Part shown: piece after piece, positions 23,170 through 37,200 of the stretch
Layout: each line of letters starts with the position of its first letter
How positions within the stretch are numbered: the first letter of the stretch is position 1
Assembly (NCBI GenBank): GCA_002269645.1
Contig: NIVC01002737.1
Location: 80,217-144,216 of the forward strand
Origin: Macrostomum lignano
Lineage: Eukaryota
Direction: 5' to 3'
DNA: 64,000 bases
Position numbers and translations under genes: made by a program
The notes under the pieces: model-generated
The model's input: only the letters and a program-made list of their open reading frames with translations
Told to the model about the DNA's origin: nothing
Database searches by the model: none

Positions 23170-25505
23170 GATCTGCAATCGTGGTGGATCCTCGAAGTGA
23201 GACCTGCAATCATGGGGGGGGGATCCTCACAGTGAGATCTGCTATCATGGGGGATCCTCACAGTGAGATCTGCAATCATGGGGGATCCTCACAGTGAGAT
23301 CTGCAATCATGGGGGATCCTCACAGTGAGATCTGCTATCATGGGGGATCCTCACAGTGAGATCTGCAACCATGGGGGGATCCTCACAGTGAGATCTGCAA
23401 TCATGGGGGATCCTCACAGTGAGATCTGCAATCATGGGGGATCCTCACAGTGAGATCTGCAATCATGGGGATCCTCACAGTGAGATCTGCAATCATGGGG
23501 GATCCTCACAGTGAGATCTGCAATCATGGGGGATCCTCACAGTGAGATCTGCAATCACGGGGGGATCCTCACAGTGAGATCTGCAATCATGGGGGATCCT
23601 CACAGTGAGATCTGCAATCATGGGGGATCCTCACAGTGAGATCTGCAATCATGGGGATCCTCACAGTGAGATCTGCAATCACGGGGGATCCTCACAGTGA
23701 GATCTGCAATCATGGGGGATCCTCACAGTGAGATCTGCAATCATGGGGGATCCTCACAGTGAGATCTGCAATCATGGGGGATCCTCACAGTGAGATCTGC
23801 AATCATGGGGGATCCTCACAGTGAGATCTGCAATCATGGGGGGATCCTCACAGTGAGATCTGCAATCATGGGGGATCCTCACAGTGAGATCTGCAATCAT
23901 GGGGGATCCTCACAGTGAGATCTGCAATCACGGGGGGATCCTCACAGTGAGATCTGCAATCATGGGGGATCCTCACAGTGAGATCTGCAATCATGGGGGA
24001 TCCTCACAGTGAGATCTGCAATCATGGGGGATCCTCACAGTGAGATCTGCAATCATGGGGGATCCTCACAGTGAGATCTGCAATCATGGGGGATCCTCAC
24101 AGTGAGATCTGCAATCATGGGGGATCCTCACAGTGAGATCTGCAATCATGGGGGATCCTCACAGTGAGATCTGCAATCACGGGGGGATCCTCACAGTGAG
24201 ATCTGCAATCATGGGGGATCCTCACAGTGAGATCTGCAATCATGGGGGATCCTCACAGTGAGATCTGCAATCATGGGGGATCCTCACAGTGAGATCTGCA
24301 ATCATGGGGGATCCTCACAGTGAGATCTGCAATCATGGGGGGATCCTCGAAGTGAGATCTGCAATCACGGGGGGATCCTCATAGTGAGATCTGCAATCAC
24401 GGGGGATCCTCGAAGTGAGATCTGCAATCACGGCGGATCCTCACAGTGAGATCTGCAATCACGGCGGATCCTCACAGTGAGATCTGCAATCATGGGGGAT
24501 CCTCACAGTGAGATCTGCAATCATGGGGGATCCTCACAGTGAGATCTGCAATCATGGGGGATCCTCACAGTGAGATCTGCAATCATGGGGGATCCTCACA
24601 GTGAGATCTGCAATCATGGGGATCCTCACAGTGAGATCTGCAATCATGGGGGATCCTCACAGTGAGATCTGCAATCACGGGGGATCCTCACAGTGAGATC
24701 TGCAATCATGGGGGATCCTCACAGTGAGATCTGCAATCATGGGGGATCCTCACAGTGAGATCTGCAATCATGGGGGATCCTCACAGTGAGATCTGCAATC
24801 ATGGGGGATCCTCACAGTGAGATCTGCAATCATGGGGGATCCTCACAGTGAGATCTGCAATCATGGGGGATCCTCACAGTGAGATCTGCAATCACGGGGG
24901 GGATCCTCACAGTGAGATCTGCAATCATGGGGGATCCTCACAGTGAGATCTGCAATCATGGGGGATCCTCACAGTGAGATCTGCAATCATGGGGGATCCT
25001 CACAGTGAGATCTGCAATCATGGGGGATCCTCACAGTGAGATCTGCAATCATGGGGGGATCCTCGAAGTGAGATCTGCAATCACGGGGGGATCCTCATAG
25101 TGAGATCTGCAATCACGGGGGATCCTCGAAGTGAGATCTGCAATCACGGCGGATCCTCACAGTGAGATCTGCAATCACGGCGGATCCTCACAGTGAGATC
25201 TGCAATAATGGGGGATCCTCACAGTGAGATCTGCAATCATGGGGATCCTCACAGTGAGATCTGCAATCATGGGGATCCTCACAGTGAGATCTGCAATCAT
25301 GGGGGATCCTCACAGTGAGATCTGCAATCACGGGGGGGATCCTCACAGTGAGATCTGCAATCATGGGGGATCCTCACAGTGAGATCTGCAATCACGGCGG
25401 ATCCTCACAGTGAGATCTGCAATCACGGCGGATCCTCACAGTGAGATCTGCAATCACGGGGGATCCCCAGAGTAAAATCTACAATCATGGGGGATCCCAA
25501 AGTGA
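23170..25505. repeat. 31-bp minisatellite, about 75 copies
   Basis: ATCCTCACAGTGAGATCTGCAATCATGGGGG. Confidence 0.97.
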
Positions 25506-25985
25506 GATCTTTCGGCCTCATCAATCGCCATTGGACATTCGAACTTCTGAGAACATTGAGAAGTCAGTCCTACGTTACACAATTTTAAGCGGCCCACATA
25601 CAGGTTAGACACCCCAAAGACTGTTTGCGAGCCCTGTTTGTCCAATGCTGTTTATTTAACTTTCTTCGCGCGGACTGCGAGCCCAGAGCGCTGAGTTGCG
25701 CTGCTGGGTAACTGCTGAGATGAATTTTGGCTTTGCTTGCTCACGGCTCAGCAGCGCTCAGCTTCTGCATGCGATGCAGAAGGCAAATATAATTTCTTAA
25801 TTCATAGCAGCAGAGAATTGAGTACAAGCTCGAGATTTGAGCCGAGCAAATTCAAGTGTCTTCGGTGTTGCCGAGCCCCATGGCAACCTCGGAATACACA
25901 ATTCGGAGTTTGAGTTTGAGTTGAAAAATACTGCGCACTGCACGGCAGCGACGGCAGAGCATAGAAGCAGAGCAGAAGCAGCAAG

Positions 25986-26858
25986 ATGCCGATCTCTTCC
26001 GGAGCGGGTGGCAAGCCCAACTCCTACTTCAATCCCGGCAACGCCCTCTCCCGTCGGCCCTCGGTCAGCAGCGCCGCCAACAGCGGCAACTACGGCGGTG
26101 GCGGCAGTCCCGGCTATTACTACGGCAGCTACGGCGGCGAGCCCGTTGCTATGGCAACAGGCGCGGCCGCTACGCCCAGGGGAGTTCAGGTGGGTCCGTA
26201 TGATTATGGCTAATAGGCCTGCATGTGCTCCGCTGTGGCGGGATCCCGGATCACTCGTGCCATACCGGCACTCTATTCGTCACATTATGGCACTCCAACT
26301 TCACACCCCGAATCCCAGGTTGTGGACATTTCCAGCGGCCGGGTCCCCCAGAACGCGCAGGCCTCGGTGACCCGTGACGCCCCGGCCGGCCGGCGCTGCT
26401 GCCCCTGCCCGGCCCGCGGGCGGCCGGAGATGAAGATGCCGGCCATGCCGAAGAGCAAAATGGCCACCGCGGGCGGCGCCGTCACCCGGCACGGCTGCTG
26501 CATCTTCCTGATCGGCCTGCTGGCCCTGGCCACCGCCGCCGGCCTCATCGCCGGCCTGTACTTCCTGTGCACCGGCCTCAGCGGCATCCGGTCCGACAGG
26601 GGCGCCTTCTACCTCATCCCGGGCAGGCGGCCCGGCGACCTCATGTGGGTCATCTACGGCACCCTGCAGGAGTGCGAACCCGTGACCACCAGCTCGTCCA
26701 CCACCAGCACCACCACCACCACGAGCACCACCACCACCGCCACCACCGCGGCCACCAGCGGGACCACCGAGTCAACGACTCCTACCACCACGGCTGCGGC
26801 CACCACCTCGGGCACCACTCTAATCTCCTGCGCCAGCACCACCTACCGATACCAGCAG
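25986..26858 (+). CDS. Single-pass (type II-like) membrane protein with a Thr-rich mucin-like tract; 3' exons unresolved
   Basis: Exon 25986-26189 (CAG|gtgggt) and exon 26319-26858 (cccag|GTT..CAG|gtgaga), both phase 0; hydrophobic GCCIFLIGLLALATAAGLIAGLYFLC then TTSSSTTSTTTTTSTTT; GC3-rich codons. Confidence 0.7.
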
Positions 26859-26934
26859 GTGAGATTGATGTGTTTCAGGTGTGCAATTCAAATTGGAGGG
26901 ATAGGATATGGTAAGATACATAAAAGGCATATAA

Positions 26935-27170
26935 TTATCAGGTGAAAATGGAGTGGGGTGGTTGGCTTATAGTTATCAGGTGAGAATGGAGTGGGGTGGT
27001 TGGCTTTAATTATCAGGTGAGAATGGAGTGGGGTGGTTGGCTTGAATTATCAGGTGAGAATGGAGTGGGGTGTTTGGCTTTAATTATCAGGTGAGAATGG
27101 AGTGGGGTGGTTGGCCCTTAATTATCAGGTGAGAATGGAGTGGGGTGGTTGGCTTATAATTATCTGGTGA
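26935..27170. repeat. 37-38-bp intronic repeat containing CAG|GTGAGA
   Basis: About 6 copies of TTATCAGGTGAGAATGGAGTGGGGTGGTTGGC. Confidence 0.9.
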
Positions 27171-27949
27171 AATTGTCATCAGGTGTTTATGGCTTCACGC
27201 GCAGTAACTGATAATTAAAAGCAAACCTTCCCTGTTTCATTCTCACCTGCAAATATCTGGTAAATGGAAAGTGTGAGGCTTCTGTTATCGCTAATTGTAC
27301 CTACCTCATATAGTCAAAGCTTCCATTCAGATAATATTAGATTTTGGCACACCACACGCAGGTAACACTGGCAGGTGGCAGGTCCGGACCCGATCCGATC
27401 ATTGTTGCGGCCTCCGCCGCTGCGGCCATCGTCTGTCAGCTGCTGATGATGCCGAGCCTGCCAGCCGGATTCTGGGGTCACGTGACAGGCTGATGCTGAA
27501 AATTGGCTGGTAGAGGCGACGGGCCAGCAGCATGGAACTGAAGTTTTTCTTGCAGCGAGCCGCAGAATTTAATCGATGCTCAAACCGCACTACTGTCTTA
27601 AGTAGAGTAGCCAGCTTCCTCTTAAAAAAATTTTCTTCTATAAAACAAAAATCCGGTATGTATCGAAAAAATAGTAAGCCTGTCTTTTCAAAAAATGCTT
27701 AAATTTTTTTACCGCTATTTCTGTGCAGTCCATTTTCTGAAATCTGAAATGAAGCCCAACTATATCAGATATTTACAGTGCTCTGTGTACTTTAAGTGTT
27801 CTTTGGCTATCAACGTTGCAAAAATAAAGCTTATCCAGAGCTATTATTTACTAAAAATGTTAATCTTTTATAAAATAAATACGCAGCTTTTCAGATTTTA
27901 TAGTTAAAAAGGCACACAGACAGACAGAAAAAACAGTCAGTCAGAAAGA

Positions 27950-29035
27950 GAGACACTGGGACATTAAAAGACTGGGGGCATTAAGAGACTGGAGCATCAA
28001 GACACAGAGACATTAAGACACTGAGACATTTAAGACACTGATACATTTAGACACTAGGAAATTTAAGACAATGAGACATTTAAGACAATGGGACTTTTAA
28101 GACAATGGGACATTAATTAGACACGGGGAAATTAAGACACTGGGACATTAAGACACTGGGAAATAAGGACACTAAGACATAAAGAAACTGGGACATTTAA
28201 GACAATGGAACATTAATTAAAAACTGGGACATTTAAGACACTGGGACATTTAAGACAATGGAACATTAATTAAAAACTGGGACATTTAAGACAATGGGAT
28301 ATTAATTAGACACGGATAATTAAGACCCTGGGACATAAGGACACTGGGACATTAAGACACTGGGACATTAAGACACTGAGAGATTTAGGACACTGGGGCA
28401 TTTAAGACACTGGGGCATTTAAGACACTGGGCCGCGTGTCTAATTAATGTCTGAAGTGTCTTAATGTTTCTGTGTCTTAATTCCTCCGTGTCTAATTAAC
28501 ACGACATGAAGACACTGGGACATTTAAGACAATGGGACATTAATTAGACACGGGAAAACTAAGACACTGGGACATTTAAGACAATGGGACAGTAATTAGA
28601 CACTGAGAATTAAGACCCTGGGACATAAGGACACTGGGACATTAAGACACTGGGACATTAAGACACTGGGAGATTTAAGACACTGGGACATTAAGACACT
28701 GAGAGATTTAGGACACTGGGGCATTTAAGACAATGGGGCATTTAAGACAATGGGACAGTAATTAGACACTGAGAATTAAGACCCTGGGACATTAAGACAC
28801 TGGGAGATTTAAGACACTGGGACATTAAGACACTGAGAGATTTAGGACACTGGGGCATTTAAGACAATGGGGCATTTAAGACAATGGGGCATTTAAGACA
28901 ATGGGGCATTTAAGACAATGGGACATTTAAGACACTGGGCCGCGTGTCTAATTAATGTCCCAGTGTCTTAATTTCTCCGTGTCTAATTAACACGACATGA
29001 AGACACTGGGACATTTAGGACAATAGATCATTGAG
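27950..29035. repeat. Complex satellite based on AAGACACTGGGACATT with internal inverted segments
   Basis: 15-17-bp units; reverse-oriented blocks at about 28435-28500 and 28945-28990. Confidence 0.85.
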
Positions 29036-29264
29036 ACATTCAGATATAAAGATATTAACACACACATCAAGACGATCAAGATGAGGTTTTTACTGAAAGC
29101 ATAAAAGGAAACGGTATATTAGAAACAGCTGTAATCGAATAATTAAATCTCTCTTCAGAGTCAGCGCGAATTCGTCTACTTACAGTAGAAAACAAAGAAA
29201 ATAAACGCCTAAATCTACACTGCAAGCTTTAGCTTAATAATCCGCTGCAAAAAGTAAAAAACTT

Positions 29265-29678
29265 CTATTTAAGGACGATTTCATAGACTGAGTTCACCCC
29301 CTCGCCGCCGCAGATCTCCTCGGCGTAGCCGCGGCAGTTCTGGTCACAGCTGGACTCGTCCACAGAGCCGTACCTGCCGTAGGAATCGCCGCAGAAGCAG
29401 CTGCCGCCGCCCTGCAGACCAAAGTACCGGTTGCCCGAGCCGCGGCACAGGAAGTCGCACAACTTCCGGTTGACCCGCCCGGTGCCCAGGCCGTCACCGC
29501 CAGCCAGCCGTTCGAGATCCGGGCTGCCCTCTTTGTCCTGGTAGCAGCCGATGTAGCGCGGCTTCAGCGCCTCGGGGCTCGCTGACAATTTTTGGGGAGT
29601 CAGGGGTCAGGGACAGCCTCCGGGTTTGGAGCTTCAGTTCAGATGCCCAGATTCGGACAGACAGGCAGAAAGGCAGGC

Positions 29679-29755
<77 letters not shown>

Positions 29756-29856
29756 CAGACAGACAGAGACAGGCAGACAGACAGACAGACAGACAGACAC
29801 AGACAGACAGAGACAGGCAGACAGACAGACAGACAGACACACAGACAGAGACAGGC

Positions 29857-29953
<97 letters not shown>

Positions 29954-30010
29954 CAGACAGACAGAGACAGGCAGACAGACAGACAGACAGACACACAGAC
30001 AGAGACAGGC

Positions 30011-30051
<41 letters not shown>

Positions 30052-30102
30052 GGCAGACAGACAGACAGACAGACAGAGACAGGCAGACAGACAGAGACAG
30101 GC

Positions 30103-30179
<77 letters not shown>

Positions 30180-30280
30180 CAGACAGACAGAGACAGGCAG
30201 ACAGACAGACAGACAGACAGACACAGACAGACAGAGACAGGCAGACAGACAGACAGACAGACACACAGACAGAGACAGGC

Positions 30281-30317
<37 letters not shown>

Positions 30318-30632
30318 GGCAGACAGACAGACAGACAGACAGAGACAGGCAGACAGACAGAGACAGGCAGACAGACAGACAGACAGACACACAGACAGAC
30401 AGGCAGACAGACAGACAGACACACAGAGACAGGCAGACAGACAGACAGACAGACAGAGACAGACAGACAGACACAGAGACAGGCAGACAGGTAGGTAGGT
30501 AGGCAGGCACTGTAGGCTAGACAGACAGGCAACTGCATGCACGGCAGACTTACATTTGCATGCGGCGATTTCTGAGCAGGAGCAGCAGAAGCAGACCAGT
30601 AAAAGGATAAGATTTCCGGATGCGGGCTTCAT
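29265..30632 (-). CDS. Small secreted WSC-domain protein (131 aa, 2 exons)
   Basis: Exon 30632-30554 (signal peptide [20 protein letters not shown]|gtaagt) and exon 29581-29265 (gtcag|CG), phase 1 join; [27 protein letters not shown]...C.G...EICGG..NSVY is the WSC pattern. Confidence 0.9.
29655..30490. repeat. (CAGA)n microsatellite in the WSC gene intron
   Basis: Visible directly; source of the SVCL/RQTD ORFs. Confidence 0.97.
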
Positions 30633-30869
30633 TGTGTTTACAAGCGGAGCAGCGTGGTGTCTAACCAGTCTGGGCTGCCGGAACAGCCGCTGTTGTCAAG
30701 CCATGCAAGGTATGCTGCGCTGTGTGGCATGAGGAAGCTGCCTTCACAGACGGACCATAGACTGGCGAGCCGCAGTTAAAAATAGCCTAGCGTACGCCAG
30801 CACGTGAGCAGACCCTGGGCCTAAGCTAGATTTTTATTGATGATAAAGTTGGTGTCGGTGTCAGCTGAG

Positions 30870-31870
30870 GCGCCACATTTTGAGTTAGTGTCAGCTAGGG
30901 CGCCACTTTAGTGTCAGCTAGGGCGCCATGACTCGGTGTCAACAAGGGCGCCATGACTCGGTGTCAACTAGGGCGCCATGACTCGGTGTCAACTAGGGCG
31001 CCATGACTCGGTGTCAACTAGGGTGCTAAATTTAGTGTCAGAGTTAGCTAGAGCGCCACATTTAGTGTCAGCCAGGGCACCATATTTAGTGTCAGGTAGG
31101 GCACCACATTTAGTGTCAGGTAGGGCACCACATTTAGTGTCAGCCAGGGCACCACATTTAGTGTCAGCTAGGGCACCACATTTAGTGTCAGCTAGGGCAC
31201 CACATTTAGTGTCAGCTAGGGCACCACATTTAGTGTCAGCCAGGGCACCACATTTAGTGTCAGGTAGGGCACCACATTTAGTGTCAGCCAGGGCACCACA
31301 TTTAGTGTCAGGTAGGGCACCACATTTAGTGTCAGAGGGCACCATATTTAGTGTCAGCTAGGGCGCCACATTTAGTGTCAGCTAGGGCGCCACATTTAGT
31401 GTCAGAGGGCACCATATTTAGTGTCAGCTAGGGTGCCACATTTAGTGTCAGCTAGGGCACCACATTTAGTGTCAGCTAGGGCGCCACATTTAGTGTCAGC
31501 TAGGGCACCACATTTAGTGTCAGCTAGGGCACCACATTTAGTGTCAGCTAGGGCGCCACATTTAGTGTCAGCTAGGGCACCACATTTAGTGTCAGCTAGG
31601 GTGCCACATTTAGTGTCAGCTAGGGTGCCACATTTAGTGTCAGCTAGGGCACCACATTTAGTGTCAGCTAGGGCGCCACATTTAGTGTCAGCTAGGGCAC
31701 CACATTTAGTGTCAGCTAGGGCACCACATTTAGTGTCAGCTAGGGCGCCACATTTAGTGTCAGCTAGGGCACCACATTTAGTGTCAGCTAGGGCACCACA
31801 TTTAGTGTCAGCTAGGGTGCCACATTTAGTGTCAGCTAGGGTGCCACATTTAGTGTCAGCTAGGGCGCCA
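30870..31870. repeat. 24-bp minisatellite
   Basis: TTTAGTGTCAGCTAGGGCACCACA. Confidence 0.96.
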
Positions 31871-32571
31871 AAAGGGCGCACCTAAATTCCATGCCAATAA
31901 AGAGTTGGAAGTCGGCACCATCAAAAAGGTTTAATTACTCTTATTAAAAGCCAGTGAGCGGCAAGCAGACTGCGGACACTCCAGTCTGATGCAGAGATTT
32001 TATTTACAATCGTGAGCACCTGTCAAAGTGCAAAGGCGCTGCAGATGCGAATCCAGGCAATTAAAAAAGCACACAGGCTTCAATTACAAAAGTAGATTAG
32101 TAATGCAGCAGCGAAGCCCGCCGCTCTGCAGCTTCTATTGCTCAATAAATTACAATAAAAATGTTCGCATTAATCCATATTGTACAATCGCCGAATACTA
32201 CTCTCAGTAGCTAATCAATGCCTGCAACCAGTTAAAAAAATTTGCCTCGTTGATCAGGTCGGGTCAATAAATAAAAAAACACGCACAAATGTTACAAGCT
32301 GGAAAATGCACGGAGAAGCACATTGTGTGTGTGTGTGTGAGACGCGAGTTAAAATTGATTGTACAGCCACAGGCACACAGGCGCATGCACACTAGTGTAG
32401 GATTATAGCACCTTATAGCTAGCTATACTGAGATCTCCGAGACCGGAAAAACATGATTATTATCAAATAAAAAAGCAATCAATAAACACGACGGGTTAAA
32501 CTGGATTGGCATCGAATAAAATTTTGGCCACTTCCTATGCGGTAAAGTTGAATGTTTACTGCCATTCACAG

Positions 32572-34125
32572 CTTCCGGAGTGAACTAGGAGTGACTTACA
32601 GATTCAGGAATGAGTAAGATTTGACTGAAGGCTTCACTACCAGGTTTTGGAGTGAATTGGGAGTCACTACCAGGTTCCGGAGTGAATTGGGAGTCACTAC
32701 CAGGTTCCGGAGTGAATTGGGAGTCACTATCAGGTTCAGGAGTGAATTAGGAGTCACTATCAGGTTCCGGAGTGAATTAGGAGTCACTATCAGGTTCCGG
32801 AGTGAATTAGGAGTCACATCAGGTTCCGGAGTGAATTAGGAGTCACTATCAGGTTCCGGAGTGAATTAGGAGTCACTATCAGGTTCCGGAGTGAATTAGG
32901 AGTGCCTATCAGGTTTTGGAGTGAATTGGGAGTCACTATCAGGTTCCGGAGTGAATTAGGAGTCACTATCAGGTTCCGGAGTGAATTGGGAGTCACTATC
33001 AGGTTCCGGAGTGAATTAGGAGTCACTATCAGGTTCCGGAGTGAATTAGGAGTCACTATCAGGTTCCGGAGTGAATTAGGAGTGCCTATCAGGTTTTGGA
33101 GTGAATTAGGAGTCACGATCAGGTTCCGGAGAAAATTAGGAGTCACATCAGGTTCCGGAGTGAATTAGGAGTCACTATCAGGTTCCGGAGTGAATTAGGA
33201 GTGCCTATCAGGTTCCGGAGTGAATTAGGAGTGCCTATCAGGTTCCAGAGTGAATTAGGAGTCACTATCAGGTTCCGGAGTGAATCAGGAGTCACTATCA
33301 GGTTCCGGAGTGAATTAGGAGTCACTATCAGGTTCCGGAGTGAATTAGGAGTCACTATCAGGTTCCGGAGTGAATTAGGAGTCACTATCAGGTTCCGGAG
33401 TGAATTATGAGTCACTATCAGGTTCCGGAGTGAATTATGAGTCACTATCAGGTTCCGGAGTGAATTGGGAGTCACTATCAGGTTCCGGAGTGAATTATGA
33501 GTCACTATCAGGTTCCGGAGTGAATTGGGAGTCACTATCAGGTTTCGGAGTGAATTGGGAGTCACTATCAGGTTCCGGAGTGAATTATGAGTCACTATCA
33601 GGTTCCGGAGTGAATTGGGAGTCATTATCAGGTTTCGGAGTGAATTAGGAGTCACTATCAGGTTCCGGAGTGAATTAGGAGTCACTATCAGGTTCCGGAG
33701 TGAATTAGGAGTCACTATCAGGTTCCGGAGTGAATCAGGAGTCACTATCAGGTTCAGGAGTGAATTATGAGTGCCTATCAGGTTCCGGAGTGAATTAGGA
33801 GTCACATCAGGTTCCGGAGTGAATCAGGAGTCACTATCAGGTTCAGGAGTGAATTATGAGTGCCTATCAGGTTCCGGAGTGAATTAGGAGTCACTATCAG
33901 GTTCCGGAGTGAATTGGGAGTCACTATCAGGTTTCGGAGTGAATTAGGAGTCACTATCAGGTTCCGGAGTGAATTAGGAGTCACTATCAGGTTTCGGAGT
34001 GAATTAGGAGTCACTATCAGGTTCCGGAGTGAATTAGGAGTCACTATCAGGTTCCGGAGTGAATTAGGAGTCACTATCAGGTTCCGGAGTGAATTAGGAG
34101 TCACTATCAGGTTCCGGAGTGAATC
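32572..34125. repeat. 30-bp minisatellite 3' of PTEN
   Basis: GGAGTGAATTAGGAGTCACTATCAGGTTCC, about 50 copies. Confidence 0.97.
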
Positions 34126-34235
34126 GGGAGGGACTGAAAGAGACAGTTCACAATTAAAAAGGCAGTCTGATTAGACAGCAAAACAGGAAGCAGGCAATCA
34201 GCCGCTATTTGGCGAGCACCCAGACGTCCTCCGGG

Positions 34236-37200
34236 CTACAGCGCTGTCGTGACAATCTCTGCCGTCTCCTCCTCCGGCACCGACTGGTGGAGCGCAGCTG
34301 CTGGCACCGGGGAGGGGGAGTTGGAGGCCCGGCAGTGATGTCGGTGGCCGTGCCGATGCCGCTGCTGTTGGGGTCGGGGTGCCGAGGCGGTAACTGTCGC
34401 GGCGGGAGAGCCGTTCACCCGTGCGGGCGCGGGAGAGTCGCCGAAGGAGGCGGAAGGTGCGGCGGCCGGCACGTAGGGGAACTCGCAGCAGTCGGAGTCG
34501 TCCGTGATGGACGAGCAGGACGAGGACGAGGAGGCCGAAGATGCAACGGAGGCGGTGGCGACCGCCCCGGAGACGCCGTCGACAAATTCGATGCAAGTCG
34601 GCAGCGCAAAGTACACGGTGATCTGCGATAAGCAGGGGTAGGCGGGGCTGGTATTAGATGATTAGCACACACTGATTAGATGATTAGCACACACTGATTA
34701 GATGATTAGCACACACTGATTATATGATTAGCACACTGATTAGATGATTAGCACACACGGATTAGATGATTAGCACACACGGATTAGATGATTAGCACAC
34801 ACGGATTAGATAATTAGCACACTGATTAGATGATTAGCACACTGATTAGATGATTAGCACACACGGATTAGATGATTAGCACACACGGATTAGATAATTA
34901 GCACACTGATTAGATGATTAGCACACTGATTAGATGATTAGCACACTGATTAGATGATTAGCACACACTGATTAGATGATTAGCACACACTGATTAGATG
35001 ATTAGCACACTGATTAGATGATTAGCACACACTGATTAGATGATTAGCACACTGATTAGATGATTAGCACACACTGATTCGATGGTTAGCACACTGATTT
35101 GATGATTAGCAAACTGCTTAGATGATTAGCATACTGATTAGATGATTAGCACACACTGATTAGATGATTAGCACACTGATTAGATGATTAGCACACACTG
35201 ATTAGATGATTAGCACACTGATTAGATGATTAGCACACTGATTAGATGATTAGCACACACTGATTAGATGATTAGCACACTGATTAGATGATTAGCACAC
35301 ACTGATTAGATGATTAGCACACACTGATTAGATAATTTGAACACACCGATTAGATTATTAGCACACACTGATTAGATGATTAGCACACTGATTAGATGAT
35401 TAGCACACACTAATTAGATGATTAGCACACACTGATTAGATAATTAAAACACACTGATTAGATAATTTGAACACACTGATTAGATGATTAGCACACACTG
35501 ATTAGATGATTAGCACACTGATTAGATGATTAGCACACACTGATTAGATAATTAGCACACACTGATTAGATGATTAGCACACACTGATTAGATGATTAGC
35601 ACACTGATTAGATGATTAGCACACACTGATTGGATGATTAGCACACACTGATTAGATGATTAGCACACTGATTAGATAATTAAAACACACTGATTAGATG
35701 ATTAGCACATGGATCAGAGATTATGATAGATACATTTAGAATCGATCAGAGAGCTCACAGCGAACCCCTCGGGAAACACCCGGTGCTGAGTGTCCTTGCA
35801 CGCCCTGTCAAGCTCTCCTTTCGTCAGCGTGACGCACAGGCCGGCCCGGTCCGGACACCTGAGGGCTCCGGGCGTGTCCGGCGGCTGGTTGACAACAAAG
35901 AAAGTGTTGAGCCAGCAGTGGAACAGCTTGTCCAGCCTGGCCAGCAGCTTGCCTCGGTTGTAGAATACGAGTTTAAAATCGCCGCAGACTGGGATGGGCG
36001 CTGGCGGCCGGATGCAGAACCCCAGGCTGGACTGGGCGCGCCGGGGCTCCCCGCACTCCGCCTCGCCAATTGTGACGTACTTGCTCTTGCCGTCCTGCTC
36101 GGGGGGGGGGCTTACTGAGTGAGTTGGCTGGGCTGGAGCAGGTCAGGCTTAAAACGAGTTAGGTGACAAATGCCTTAATAGGTCAGACACAAAGACACTG
36201 ACGCAGGTCAGACAGACACTGATGCAGGTCAGACAGACACTGATGCAGGTCAGACAGACACTGATGCAGGTCAGACAGACACTGATGCAGGTCAGACACA
36301 AAGACACTGATGCAGGTCAGACACAAAGACACTGATGCAGGTCAGACACTGATGCAGGTCAGACAGACACTGATGCAGGTCAGACAGACACTGATGCAGG
36401 TCAGACACTGATGCAGGTCAGACAGACACTGATGCAGGTCAGACACTGATGCAGGTCAGACAGACACTGATGCAGGTCAGACAGACACTGATGCAGGTCA
36501 GACAGACACTGATGCAGGTCAGACAGACACTGATGCAGGTCAGACAGACACTGATGCAGGTCAGACAGACACTGATGCAGGTCAGACAGACACTGATGCA
36601 GGTCAGACAGACACTGATGCAGGTCAGACAGACACTGATGCAGGTCAGACAGACACTGATGCAGGTCAGACAGACACTGATGCAGGTCAGACAGACACTG
36701 ATAAGCCAAGAACAAATCATTGAACGGGGCAGGAAGCACAGGCAGAGCAGCTCACAGCGCTTACCTGGCAGTTGGCCATCTGCCTGCACTTGAACAGCAT
36801 GCAGCAGCCCGACTGGATGGCTGGTAAGCCGTTTTCGACCAGAACGGAGGTGAGCAGCAGGCGACACGGCTTCAGGCTCAGCTGCTTGTGCAGCATGTGG
36901 GCGTAGTAGAACACGTACCGGCGCTGGGAGGGGATCGTCACACCCTGAGGATGGCATTGGGGGCATGAGTCACACCCTGAGGATGGCATTAGGGGCATGA
37001 GTCACACCCTGAGGATGGCATTGGGGGCATGAGTCACACCCTGAGGATGGCATTAGGGGCATGAGTCACACCCTGAGGCTGGCATTGGGGGCATGAGTCA
37101 CACCCTGAGGATGGCATTGGGGGCATGAGTCACACCCTGAGGATGGCATTGGGGGCATGAGTCACACCCTGAGGATGGCATTGGGGGCATGAGTCACACC

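Noticed and set aside
23170-25505. CRISPR-like array
   Set aside because: Head-to-tail repeats without unique spacers, no cas genes, eukaryotic context; the same applies to the other minisatellites.
29494-30538. 300-aa SVCL/RQTD ORFs
   Set aside because: (CAGA)n microsatellite in an intron.
30978-34174. SARAPHLV and TPNSLRNLIV repeat ORFs
   Set aside because: 24- and 30-bp minisatellites open in several frames on both strands.
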